A DNA stretch of 37,520 nt, from the IMG/VR virus record IMGVR_UViG_3300045974_000563, one strand, 5' to 3'. The DNA comes from a virus. Numbering within the stretch: position 1 is the stretch's first letter; each line of letters starts with the position of its first letter. A program made the position numbers and the translations under genes. Under the pieces are notes generated by a model. It was not told the DNA's origin. It ran no database searches and saw nothing but the letters and a program-made list of their open reading frames with translations. Shown in pieces: positions 29,112 through 37,520 of the stretch.

Positions 29112-30731
29112 TTACATCGCTAATGTCATCGGTACTGCGAGCGATGCGGCTAAATCACTTCCCACATCAGTGAGATGGATTTTGTCGGTGTAAAAGTACG
29201 TCGTGTTGTTGATGTCTTGGAATCTCGGGTCATCAGAAATTGGCAGAAAACCATCACAAAATTTCGACCAATTTGACTTTAGCCATGCGTTTGAATACAC
29301 GCGATCCTTTTCAAATCCCGCATACACAGGGGCTAGGTCACGGGGTAGCGTATCCAGAACGCCGACCTTGTACCCCGCATTTCGGTACATTAGGCATACG
29401 CGCTGCAGTTTTTGTATTGCATTCTGAGACGATCTATAAATCGCGAGCTCATTTGAGATGCCCCAAAGCACAACTACTGGCTGCCCGGACGATTGCCCGA
29501 CAATATTGACGGGAATTGATTCCTCGGTCAGCAAGGCACTTAATGAGCGGCCGGAATATGCGTCAATACGCACAGACCACGTAGCCCCCAGTCGGGCCGC
29601 CAAGCGATTTGCGAAATTTGTTCCTGAAACAGAAACAACTTGATGGTCTCCACCAGTTGTACCAAATCCAGATACAACTGAGTGACCAACAGCAACGGCC
29701 AAACGTCGGCTATCACCCCATTTTGTATATAGCCTTTTCAGGATTTCCTGTTCCAGTGCCGGGCTAACTGCACCAGCCGCGATGGCTATCTCAGAAATCC
29801 AACCTTCGAGGTTATACGTTCCGTCTGATGCAGCGCCTATGCCGAGATCTGTTCCTGCCATACCCAGACTTCCGGTCGCTGCTTCCGTCACATTTGAAGT
29901 GGTCGACGAGGTTGCTTGAGGAGCGAAGAATTTATTAAAACTTTCCTTGACCTTAGCCCCATCAAAAACAAATACACCTATTCCCCATCCATCGTCATTA
30001 CAAAGGAATACGTGCGATTTTCCGGCTAAGCCACCTACGCGACAGTCCATTTTATTATTGACCGTATCGATGGCCATCCACCACGTAGCCCCACCAACAG
30101 CGCCAAGAGCCATGCCAACAGCACTTGCTGTTGGTTTTTTACAGACGACAAATGCAGTCATTGCCGCATCTGATGCAGCGGTGAAAAACGCGGGTATCTT
30201 GAAAAATGCCGAATTAGCACCGGAACCGGAAAAGTGAATGGCTGGTTTCCCATTCATTGCGCTCGGATCGTAGGTTGGATACTTTCCCGCGTTGCCGAGC
30301 GCAATCTCCGTTGGAGAACGGCCTGATTTCTCTGGCCAAATAGCGACGTTATCGCCAAGCGTAGTAGCCGCGTTTGCATACGCCGTATCTTTGTACACAG
30401 GATCGGAAGCATCGAGCCATAGCATCAGCCCCGGCAGTCTAGCAATAGGGTCAAGAACATCGCTCTTGTAACTCGTCAGACCATTTGAAGCCAAAACATT
30501 GGGCGAAATTTCAATCACCCCGGTGACAGGATTGAATTCCCCTTGCAGCGGAGAAGTTTTTTTCGTGTTATCCGAATTGACCCAAGACGTACCTCCGGTC
30601 AAGTTGGTATCCGCCTGCTTGGTCGTACACAGCGCAGTTTCCGTTGCTGCATCGGTCGTCAGCAGGTTGTTGGGCAAATAGCGGCGACCGTTGCTGGGAT
30701 CGGTCCATTGAGTGAGCAGGCGGACAGTCAT
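29112..30731 (-). CDS. LamG/concanavalin-like lectin domain + C-terminal SGNH/GDSL-type esterase
   Basis: LMLWLDASD...NGKPAIHFSGSG is LamG-like. VAVGHSVVSGFG (block I), WGISNEL (block III) and DKIHLTDVG (block V, DxxH) are SGNH-like. The gene is more AT-rich than the flanking head genes. Confidence 0.6.
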   Translation of the reverse strand: MTVRLLTQWTDPSNGRRYLPNNLLTTDAATETALCTTKQADTNLTGGTSWVNSDNTKKTSPLQGEFNPVTGVIEISPNVLASNGLTSYKSDVLDPIARLPGLMLWLDASDPVYKDTAYANAATTLGDNVAIWPEKSGRSPTEIALGNAGKYPTYDPSAMNGKPAIHFSGSGANSAFFKIPAFFTAASDAAMTAFVVCKKPTASAVGMALGAVGGATWWMAIDTVNNKMDCRVGGLAGKSHVFLCNDDGWGIGVFVFDGAKVKESFNKFFAPQATSSTTSNVTEAATGSLGMAGTDLGIGAASDGTYNLEGWISEIAIAAGAVSPALEQEILKRLYTKWGDSRRLAVAVGHSVVSGFGTTGGDHQVVSVSGTNFANRLAARLGATWSVRIDAYSGRSLSALLTEESIPVNIVGQSSGQPVVVLWGISNELAIYRSSQNAIQKLQRVCLMYRNAGYKVGVLDTLPRDLAPVYAGFEKDRVYSNAWLKSNWSKFCDGFLPISDDPRFQDINNTTYFYTDKIHLTDVGSDLAASLAVPMTLAM

Positions 30732-30740
30732 GATGTTTCC

Positions 30741-31052
30741 TTACGGGGTTACTGGGGCTTCATCGGCGACCGGAGTCGCTGTTTGATCGTCGGCAGCGGG
30801 CGTTATTTCGACCACTGCGCCTTCCGGCTTCGGCTCGACGAGTGCCGGCTCTTCCACTACCGATTCATGCTCGATAACTGTTTTTCCAAGCTCTGCCAGG
30901 CAGTAATCAATGCCGCCCTGGTCATCATCAGCCAGGCCATCTTTCAGGAAGGGCCGGGCGATGGATGCATCAATATTGATAATATCGTTGCACTGGCAGA
31001 ACCCCTGACCGATGGGCACTGCGACCAGGATGCGAATTTTCTTTTTAGCCAT
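30741..31052 (-). CDS. Hypothetical protein with an acidic Pro/Ala-rich tail (possible head accessory)
   Basis: ORF track. Directly downstream of the capsid gene. Confidence 0.45.
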   Translation of the reverse strand: MAKKKIRILVAVPIGQGFCQCNDIINIDASIARPFLKDGLADDDQGGIDYCLAELGKTVIEHESVVEEPALVEPKPEGAVVEITPAADDQTATPVADEAPVTP

Positions 31053-31103
31053 GTCTTTTCCTTTCGGATGCCGGCAACGGCAATACGTTGCCGGCGTTCG
31101 GGT

Positions 31104-32315
31104 TTAGGTCGCGGAGTGCTGATAGGTCTTGACGGCACCGGTATCGAGCAGATTTCCGCCAGCGCGGGCCCAGGCCAGGAAGCCAACCTGACCCTTGCTC
31201 ATATAGGCTGAATCTTCGAAACGGAAGATGGTGACATCGAGCGTGTCGCGGATCATGTATTGACCGATCTGGCCATAGGCGATGGACTTGGCGTTGGCGG
31301 CCGGGGTCGGCATATGGTTGTTGAGACAGACATCGGCCCCGAGCAGCTGGTCGCATTTGCCGCCGGCGATACTGGCGTCGTAGCTGGGAATCCAGATTGG
31401 GCGACCCGAGGTATCCTTGATCTTACGGGCGACTTTGCGAGCCGATTGCGACATCATGAAACACTGCGTGCCGTCATCGTAGGCCGCATCGATGGACTCC
31501 TGCAGATCGATGAGGTCATCGTAGATGAAGGTGACGGTCTGGCCCGTGGTACCCACTTTACCCACAGAGGCGCTTACCGTGACACCGAAGGGTTCCGTCG
31601 TGCCGGCACCGATGGTGAATTTCTTGTTCTGGATGCGGCCAACTCGATCGCGGATCCGCTTGTTGATGAGGGCGATGATGTCGATGCTGGTGTCTTGCAG
31701 CAACTCGATCGGCACGGTGATGATTTTCGAACCGAATTTGAAGGTGTTCAGCGGCGCCGTACCGAAGGTGATATCGCTCGATGCCGACGAGGCGTTTTCG
31801 GCAACGATTTCGCCTTCTTCCGAGCTGCCATCGCTGGTCGGATAGGACAGCGGTCCACCGGATGCGGTAACGATGCGGCTGGCTTCGTCGCGCATGCCGC
31901 GATAGGTGGCAATAGTTTCAACCAGGTCGGAGGCGACATCGCTTTGTACGGTGTAGCCGCCCTGGTTGCCGGTACCGACTGACATGGTATTGCGGATCTG
32001 GGCCATTTCTTCTTTGCTCATGGCGCTGAGGCCATTGCGCAAGAGCTTGTCGAGCACCTTGCGGCGACTGTTCTTTTCGGTGTCTTGTGGATTGACGATC
32101 GGAGCATCTTCGAAACGCTGCTCGGCGTTGAGATTGAGCAGGCGCTGGGTGGCTTCGATCTGGCTGTCAACGGCATCGATTTGGTTGGCGATTTCGTCGA
32201 AGGCGGTTTTGTCAGCCGGCGACCAGATGGCATCGCCCTTGTTGGCGAGCTGGTTGTTGGCTTGCTTGGCGAGGTCGTTGCGGCGCTCGCGCAGGGCTTG
32301 GATGCTGAGTGGCAT
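31104..32315 (-). CDS. Major capsid protein, HK97 family
   Basis: ATG 32315 follows aaggaa. The N-terminal delta-like coiled coil and the core sequence are typical of HK97-fold capsids. Follows the protease gene. Confidence 0.85.
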   Translation of the reverse strand: MPLSIQALRERRNDLAKQANNQLANKGDAIWSPADKTAFDEIANQIDAVDSQIEATQRLLNLNAEQRFEDAPIVNPQDTEKNSRRKVLDKLLRNGLSAMSKEEMAQIRNTMSVGTGNQGGYTVQSDVASDLVETIATYRGMRDEASRIVTASGGPLSYPTSDGSSEEGEIVAENASSASSDITFGTAPLNTFKFGSKIITVPIELLQDTSIDIIALINKRIRDRVGRIQNKKFTIGAGTTEPFGVTVSASVGKVGTTGQTVTFIYDDLIDLQESIDAAYDDGTQCFMMSQSARKVARKIKDTSGRPIWIPSYDASIAGGKCDQLLGADVCLNNHMPTPAANAKSIAYGQIGQYMIRDTLDVTIFRFEDSAYMSKGQVGFLAWARAGGNLLDTGAVKTYQHSAT

Positions 32316-32344
32316 TGGGTTTCCTTTCAAGAAACTCGGGACGT

Positions 32345-32366
32345 AAAAAAACCCGCTCGAGGCGGG
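32345..32366 (-). terminator. Hairpin + T7 between the protease and capsid genes
   Basis: Minus strand reads cccgc-ctcga-gcggg-ttttttt. Confidence 0.55.
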
Positions 32367-32389
32367 CTGGGTTCGCTGCGCGGAGCGCG

Positions 32390-33109
32390 TCAGGAATTGG
32401 GGATCAACAGGCGAAGTCGGCGGGCGCAGGCGTCGCGGTGCGGATTGTGGTCAGGGGCTTGGGGCGGTTGTTTTGGTTTGGGCGCATTGGCAAAAGCGCT
32501 GAGATTCCAGCGGGCGGCATTGTTAGCGCTGGCGCTATCGTTGCCGGTCACCAATTGGTCAACGAAACCGCTATCCAGGGCTTCTTGTGCCGAGAACCAG
32601 GTTTCGGCGTCCATCCAGGCCGTGACTTGCTCGACGGACTGCTTGGTCTTGCGGCAGTAGTCGGCAATGATGGCCTGGTCGATTTTTTCGAGCAGCGTGA
32701 TGGTTTCGGCCAGATCCGATTTGTTGCCATAGGCCAACGTCCAGGCGTTGTGGATCATGAACATGGCGCCATCGGCAATGTTGATTTGCTTGGCGGCGAT
32801 GGCGACCGTCGTGGCAGCACTGGCGGCGATGCCGTCAATCCAGGCGGTGACGTTGCCGTGCTGGGCGATGGCGGTGGCGATGGCGCGGCCGTCAAAGACA
32901 TCGCCGCCTGGAGAGTTGATGCGCAGATTGATGGCCATCCCTTGCAGATCGGCGATCTGTTTGCAGACGTCTGCAGCGGCGATGCCCCAGTAGGGATCGA
33001 TGACGTCGTAGAGATAGAGCGTGGCGCTATCGGCGCTTTGCTCCAGGCGTAGGCCCGTGGCCTCGCGCTGGGCATTGTCACGCAGCAGCTGCAGCAGACG
33101 CTTGTGCAT
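32390..33109 (-). CDS. ClpP-like prohead (head maturation) protease
   Basis: INSPGGDVFDGRAIATAI...IDGIAASAATTVAIAA...MIHNAW. ATG 33109 follows aaggaa. Confidence 0.8.
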   Translation of the reverse strand: MHKRLLQLLRDNAQREATGLRLEQSADSATLYLYDVIDPYWGIAAADVCKQIADLQGMAINLRINSPGGDVFDGRAIATAIAQHGNVTAWIDGIAASAATTVAIAAKQINIADGAMFMIHNAWTLAYGNKSDLAETITLLEKIDQAIIADYCRKTKQSVEQVTAWMDAETWFSAQEALDSGFVDQLVTGNDSASANNAARWNLSAFANAPKPKQPPQAPDHNPHRDACARRLRLLIPNS

Positions 33110-34385
33110 TGTTCGTTCCTTTATTTGGGTTGTAGAGCGTGTCGCCACCCTCGACCGGCGGCAGGTTTTTGACTTTTCGGACTTCGTTGGGCGTCATCCA
33201 GCCCGGTCCCTGGCTGCCGCCGATGCCCTGGCGCAGGGTTTCGGATTCGGACTTTGCATCGCCGCGCAGCAGGCCTTCGAGGGAGAATTCAATGAAGTAC
33301 TTGGCGGTGCGGAAAATCTTGCGGTTGAGCTCCTGCTCGATGCGGTTGAGGTAGGGCTGGATGGTGAATTTGACGAAGCCGATGGTCATTTGCTCGATGC
33401 CAGTGCCCCAGCTTGAGGTTGTTTCCGTGGCGCCGATCATGTGGGGCGGTACGCCGAAGGCGCGGGCGATATCAATGACCTGGTATTTGCGCGATTCGAG
33501 CAGCTCGGCATCGGCTGCCGACATCGAGAGTTCCTTGATAGTCAGGCCTTCAGTGAGGACCATGGGTTTGCCAACTTGGTTGGCACCGGTGTAACGGTCG
33601 GCGTAGGCTTTGCGCAGTTGCTCGATCTGGTCGTCTTTGAGCTTTCCCGGGGCTTCGATGAGATGCTTGGGCATGGCACCGTTGGCGTAGAGCTTGCCGC
33701 TGAAATCGTCGGCGGCCAGGGCAATGCTGATGCCGTGCTGAGCACCGAGTCGGATGGTGCTCGGGCTGCGCTGGCCATCGAACATCAGGTTGGGGATGTG
33801 GATTACGTCGTCCTGGTGCAGGCCGTAGGGCTTGCTGCCATCCTTTAGCTGAATGTAGTAGTGCAGATAGTCGCCGACGATTTCGGTTTGAACCGTGTCG
33901 GGATGGTGCGGCGTGAAACCGGTGATGATGCCGGCACGATTGCGCTTGATTTCGCTGATGGCATCGCCACGCAGGCCGTTGCAGGCGACGACGAATTCAT
34001 ACCAGCTGGCGGCTGTCCAGCGCGGGTGCGGTTGTTCATTGAGCAGGTACCAGAGCGGAGAATTGCCGACGCGTTTGCGACCACCGTCTTCGGTTCGTTC
34101 GTAAACGTGAGCCGGCAGGCTGGCGATGGCGCCGGCAATGCGGTTGATACAGGCGTAGACGGCCGAAGTGCGCAGGGCAGTTCGTTCATTGACGGGATAG
34201 CCGGAGGAGGATTGCTGGCCACCGAGGAATTCGATGATGCGCGGATCGCTGCTGGTCATGTATTGCACGCCATTGCCAAAATTCTGGATAGCGGGCAATT
34301 TTGCAGCGGCGGCGGCACGCTCAGCTTCGCGTTCTGCCTTGAAGCGAGTGAGGATGGTGCTTCCAGAGGCTGAATTCATGGTCAC
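33078..34385 (-). CDS. Portal protein, HK97 family
   Basis: 435 aa. TSAVYACINRIAGAIASLP...LLNEQP pattern. Lies between terL and the protease. Confidence 0.85.
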   Translation of the reverse strand: MTMNSASGSTILTRFKAEREAERAAAAAKLPAIQNFGNGVQYMTSSDPRIIEFLGGQQSSSGYPVNERTALRTSAVYACINRIAGAIASLPAHVYERTEDGGRKRVGNSPLWYLLNEQPHPRWTAASWYEFVVACNGLRGDAISEIKRNRAGIITGFTPHHPDTVQTEIVGDYLHYYIQLKDGSKPYGLHQDDVIHIPNLMFDGQRSPSTIRLGAQHGISIALAADDFSGKLYANGAMPKHLIEAPGKLKDDQIEQLRKAYADRYTGANQVGKPMVLTEGLTIKELSMSAADAELLESRKYQVIDIARAFGVPPHMIGATETTSSWGTGIEQMTIGFVKFTIQPYLNRIEQELNRKIFRTAKYFIEFSLEGLLRGDAKSESETLRQGIGGSQGPGWMTPNEVRKVKNLPPVEGGDTLYNPNKGTNNAQASAAAAA

Positions 34386-36205
34386 AGTTCGACAAATCCT
34401 TGATCAATTGTTTCGTCATCGACGTAGGCGACGGCACGGCTCAGGGCCATTACCGCGGCTACGATGGGATCGATACGGCCATTTTTCTTGCTGCGCTTTT
34501 TGTCCGGCCTGAAATTTTCGTTGCTGTCCGTGAGCAGGGCGACGTTTCCGGCAGCCCACCGTAATAGCGGGTTTCCGTTGTGGCGCAGGCGTTTCGAATA
34601 GATCAGTTCTTCCAGTTTTTTCGAGCCCGGGTACATGCCGCCGGTGTTTTGCGGCACCTCGACCAAGGGTAGGTCTTCATCAATCAGGTCATTGCAGAGC
34701 TGCAGGGCGTTCCATTTATCAAAACCGATCTGTCTGACGTCGTATTCGCGGCAGACGCTGCGCACTTTGTTCATGACGGGCTTGTAATCGGTGACATCAC
34801 CTTCGGTGACCGTCAGCCAGCCTTCTTTTTCCCAGCGGTCGTAGGGCGCCGCATCGTCTTCTTGCGTATCGACCTTGGCGCGTGGGCACCAAACCCAGAC
34901 CAAGACGTGCCATTCACTGCCGGACTCGGCTGGCGGGAATACCAAAGCCAGGGCAGTAAGGTCTCGCGTGCTGGCCAGGTCGAGGCCGCCGTAGCATTCA
35001 CGACCGGCGAGGATGGCCGGATTAAATTTTTTCTTGCCTTTGTCCCAGATATCCAGATCGAACCAGCCCTCGGCATCGTTACACCAGATGTTGAGATCCT
35101 TGGTCTTGAAATTGGCCAGGGCACTGGGCAGCGCCTTGGCCTTGCGCGCCATGGTGCGCAGGTAGTCGAGCGTCTTCGATCTGCCTAGACCGGGATTTGC
35201 TTTCTGCCAGTTTTCCTCGTCAAACGGGTCATCGCCGGCATCGAGCGTGTAGATATAGCCGAATACGTCATCGTCTTGCCGTTTTCCTTCCAAAACTGAT
35301 ATCAGGTAGGTCCGAACCTCGACGCAAATGCCATCAATGATGAAACCCGCCGTCGTGATGGCCGAGAGCAGTGGCTGCGCCCGGGCACCGAAGCCGGATT
35401 CGAGAACATCCCACTGTTCCCGTGACTTTTGCGCGTGCAGTTCATCGAACAACACTGCAGACGGATTGAAACCGTCCTGGGCGTCCGCGTTACTGGCAAT
35501 CGGCCGGAATACCGAGGCGCCGGCTTCGACGCGCTCTTGATTCATGCCCTCGAAAATCCTGAAACTGCGGCTGATGCCGGCTGATTTTCGGCGCCAGCGC
35601 TTCATGTTTTCGAAGGCCGGCTTGAAGACGGTCATTGCCTGCTCGCGGGTGCTGGCCACGGCATAGACTTCGGCGCCGGCTTCGCCGTCCATCATGAATA
35701 GGTAGGCGCCCTGAGGCGCTTTCCAGGTACTTTTCCCGTTTTTTCGGGCTACCTCTTCATAGCCTCGGGTGAAACGCCGGCGTCCATCGAGGCGGCGCCA
35801 GCCGTAAAGCACAGCCGTCCAGAATTTCTGCCACGGATCGAGCAGGATTGGCTGGCCAGCCAGAGCGCCCTTGATATGGCAGAAGAAGCGCTCGATATAG
35901 TTGATGACATGCCACCCATGCGCCGGGCTGAACACCAGGCCGCGTTTGTGGCCTTCCTGCAGATCACGGTAATGGCGCTCGACGGCGAGAAGAACATAGT
36001 TTCCAACAAGGATCTCGCCACGCAGAACGGGAATCCCGTAGGTGACATCCCATTCTTCCCATGACGATTCGGGAGGAATCAGGCGCTCGCGCTTGGCCTT
36101 CCCCTTCCGAACTCGACCATTTCGGCGAACAGGTCGTCTTGCCCCTGGGCGCTGGTCTTGCTCTCCCTCAGCTTTGCTTCGATTGTCGACATGACCGTCA
36201 AGCAT
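34382..36205 (-). CDS. terL: Terminase large subunit
   Basis: 607 aa. ATPase region (VARKNGKST) and nuclease region. Canonical position. Confidence 0.85.
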   Translation of the reverse strand: MLDGHVDNRSKAEGEQDQRPGARRPVRRNGRVRKGKAKRERLIPPESSWEEWDVTYGIPVLRGEILVGNYVLLAVERHYRDLQEGHKRGLVFSPAHGWHVINYIERFFCHIKGALAGQPILLDPWQKFWTAVLYGWRRLDGRRRFTRGYEEVARKNGKSTWKAPQGAYLFMMDGEAGAEVYAVASTREQAMTVFKPAFENMKRWRRKSAGISRSFRIFEGMNQERVEAGASVFRPIASNADAQDGFNPSAVLFDELHAQKSREQWDVLESGFGARAQPLLSAITTAGFIIDGICVEVRTYLISVLEGKRQDDDVFGYIYTLDAGDDPFDEENWQKANPGLGRSKTLDYLRTMARKAKALPSALANFKTKDLNIWCNDAEGWFDLDIWDKGKKKFNPAILAGRECYGGLDLASTRDLTALALVFPPAESGSEWHVLVWVWCPRAKVDTQEDDAAPYDRWEKEGWLTVTEGDVTDYKPVMNKVRSVCREYDVRQIGFDKWNALQLCNDLIDEDLPLVEVPQNTGGMYPGSKKLEELIYSKRLRHNGNPLLRWAAGNVALLTDSNENFRPDKKRSKKNGRIDPIVAAVMALSRAVAYVDDETIDQGFVEL

Positions 36206-36564
36206 GCTTCAGGGAGTTCCTTTTTTATTTCGGATCGACCATTTCGCTCGTTGAAGCTGTGCGGCAGCTCGTAACGGTTGCCCTTCTCGCTTTCGCCGTA
36301 GCGACCCAGCTTGATGCAGTCGGCCATATCGTCCGACCATGCTTTAATCGAGTGCGCCAACATCATGATCTGGATGCCTGCAGCTTTGATATTCCGACCA
36401 TCGCGGGCTAGCGCCTCGGCGATCCAGTCGTAAAGACGCAACCCTTGTCGGTCCAGATTGTGACCAGGTGGCGGGGCCGGAATCTCTATTCCGGCAACAA
36501 CCTTCCTGGTCCAACCCTCACCGCCGCCGTGAAGGGCGATCAGTTTCCCTTTTTCGTCGTCCAC
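36079..36564 (-). CDS. terS: Terminase small subunit (P27-like)
   Basis: 161-aa ORF with GTG start after ggag, just upstream of and overlapping terL. Confidence 0.6.
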   Translation of the reverse strand: MDDEKGKLIALHGGGEGWTRKVVAGIEIPAPPPGHNLDRQGLRLYDWIAEALARDGRNIKAAGIQIMMLAHSIKAWSDDMADCIKLGRYGESEKGNRYELPHSFNERNGRSEIKKELPEACLTVMSTIEAKLRESKTSAQGQDDLFAEMVEFGRGRPSASA

Positions 36565-36710
36565 AGCGGCTCCAAAAACACAAAAGCCCCGGAAAACGAT
36601 TCCGAGGCCTGATTCAATCGAAGGTAGAGCTAACTATCTCACCCCTCCCCCCTCTACGGAAACCTCCCCATAAAAACGGGGATAACCGCTCGGTCCGGCG
36701 AGGGGTTGGG

Positions 36711-37109
36711 TCAGGGTTTTGATACCCCCCCTCGCCTGCCTCGGTTCTTTTCCTGGTCAGTCTTTGCCGTGTGGCAACTGCGGCAAAGGGCCTGCAGGTT
36801 GTCGTCATCGTCGCTGCCGCCATCTTCCTTCGGAACGATGTGATCGCAGTAGTAGGAGAACTTCTTGACGCCTACTTCAGTCAGCCGTCCATTCCTTAGA
36901 CACTCCTGACATAGGCCTTGATCACGGATCAGAATGCGTTCGCGCTTCTTGTCCCACTGGCTGCCGTAGCCCCTGGCATGACGCGTGCCACGATCAGGAT
37001 CAGCGAAGGAGCCCGGATCGGGCCGGCGATGCTTATCGCAGTAGCTTCCTACCGCGACCAATTGACCACATCCAGGATATCGACAAGGCTTTCTGGCAGC
37101 GCTTGGCAT
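36711..37109 (-). CDS. HNH endonuclease associated with the terminase
   Basis: Cys pairs (CRYPGCG...YCDKH, CQEC) and HNH core CDHIVPKEDGGSDDDDNLQALCRSCHTAKT. Confidence 0.8.
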   Translation of the reverse strand: MPSAARKPCRYPGCGQLVAVGSYCDKHRRPDPGSFADPDRGTRHARGYGSQWDKKRERILIRDQGLCQECLRNGRLTEVGVKKFSYYCDHIVPKEDGGSDDDDNLQALCRSCHTAKTDQEKNRGRRGGVSKP

Positions 37110-37166
37110 GGCTATATTTTCACTCTACACCCTGTGTCAACCCCCCTTGCAGTGAAATGTTTCATC

Positions 37167-37520
37167 TCAGCGCTTCAGACGGGCCGACAACTGGCCTTCC
37201 ATCAAGCTGGCAGAGGCGACCAAGGCGTAGACGCCCTGGCGAACGACCTCCGTGTAATGCGATATATCCCGTTCTCCCGTCCCGTTACATCGCGGACAAG
37301 GAACAACCTTGTCCTCGACCATGACCATCGACCGCCCATCACATGTCATGCACCGACCGTTGTTCCACACATCGAGCGCCTTCCACGCTGCCCCATTCGC
37401 CACATCAGCCGGATGCCCCATCTCGATCAACGTCGTTGCCAGGTGCAGGACGATGTTCCAGGCGTTCGCTGCAGTCGGTTCACTCGACAGGTAGCGCACT
37501 ACGGCAAAGCCCAGCGGATT
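37167..37520 (-). CDS. Q-like late antiterminator, 3' part (joins 128..244 across the circular junction; about 156 aa in total)
   Basis: Two CxxCxGxG-type knuckles (CMTCDGRS, CPRCNGTG). Lies between the replication module and the late operon. Family assigned by recollection. Confidence 0.5.
   Translation of the reverse strand, partial: NPLGFAVVRYLSSEPTAANAWNIVLHLATTLIEMGHPADVANGAAWKALDVWNNGRCMTCDGRSMVMVEDKVVPCPRCNGTGERDISHYTEVVRQGVYALVASASLMEGQLSARLKR
37394..37520. repeat. Second copy of the 127-bp terminal repeat
   Basis: Identical to 1..127. Confidence 0.95.

Noticed and set aside
37112-37140. A perfect TTGACA (minus, 37140..37135) with an A/T-rich -10 candidate, between the Q-like gene and HNH, as the late promoter.
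   Set aside because: Any -10 with a 16-18-nt spacer puts the start site at or beyond the HNH ATG (37109). The geometry therefore conflicts with expression of that gene. It remains only a weak possibility if the late transcript starts inside HNH, or if it is a short Q-loading transcript.

Overview
The window is a complete temperate, HK97/lambda-like siphophage genome. It appears to have been assembled as a circle, because bases 1..127 are identical to 37394..37520, leaving about 37.39 kb of unique sequence. It has two divergent arms controlled from an immunity region at about 2.9-4.45 kb. The minus-strand arm runs cro-like -> CII-like -> replication initiator (with an internal iteron/DnaA-box origin) -> small ORFs -> Q-like antiterminator (this gene crosses the window junction) -> HNH, terS, terL, portal, ClpP-like protease, HK97 capsid, head-tail connectors, major tail, G/G-T frameshift chaperones, a 1580-aa tape measure, a short tail-tip module, and a lysis cassette (holin, GH19 endolysin, Rz with embedded Rz1). 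The plus-strand arm starts at a repressor-guarded promoter near 4400 and ends with xis, int and an attP that carries a tRNA 3' end fragment. The main finding lies in this plus arm: a diversity-generating retroelement (DGR) made of avd, an ~82-bp template repeat (TR) and a reverse transcriptase. It has FOUR variable-repeat targets at the 3' ends of four small paralogous DUF1566/C-type-lectin-like genes. Every TR/VR difference I can see falls on a TR adenine. None of the targets is the tail fibre, and none has a signal peptide. Each is followed immediately by an array of 2-5 copies of the octamer YCCTTNAR. The RT is translationally coupled to a DHH/DHHA1 phosphoesterase - unknown - HD hydrolase - HNH cluster. 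A ParB / Zn-ribbon / H-NS-C-terminal fusion gene sits among the targets. A more AT-rich LamG + SGNH-esterase gene with its own terminator is inserted in the head module. All functional calls rest on motif recognition by eye; no database search was run.
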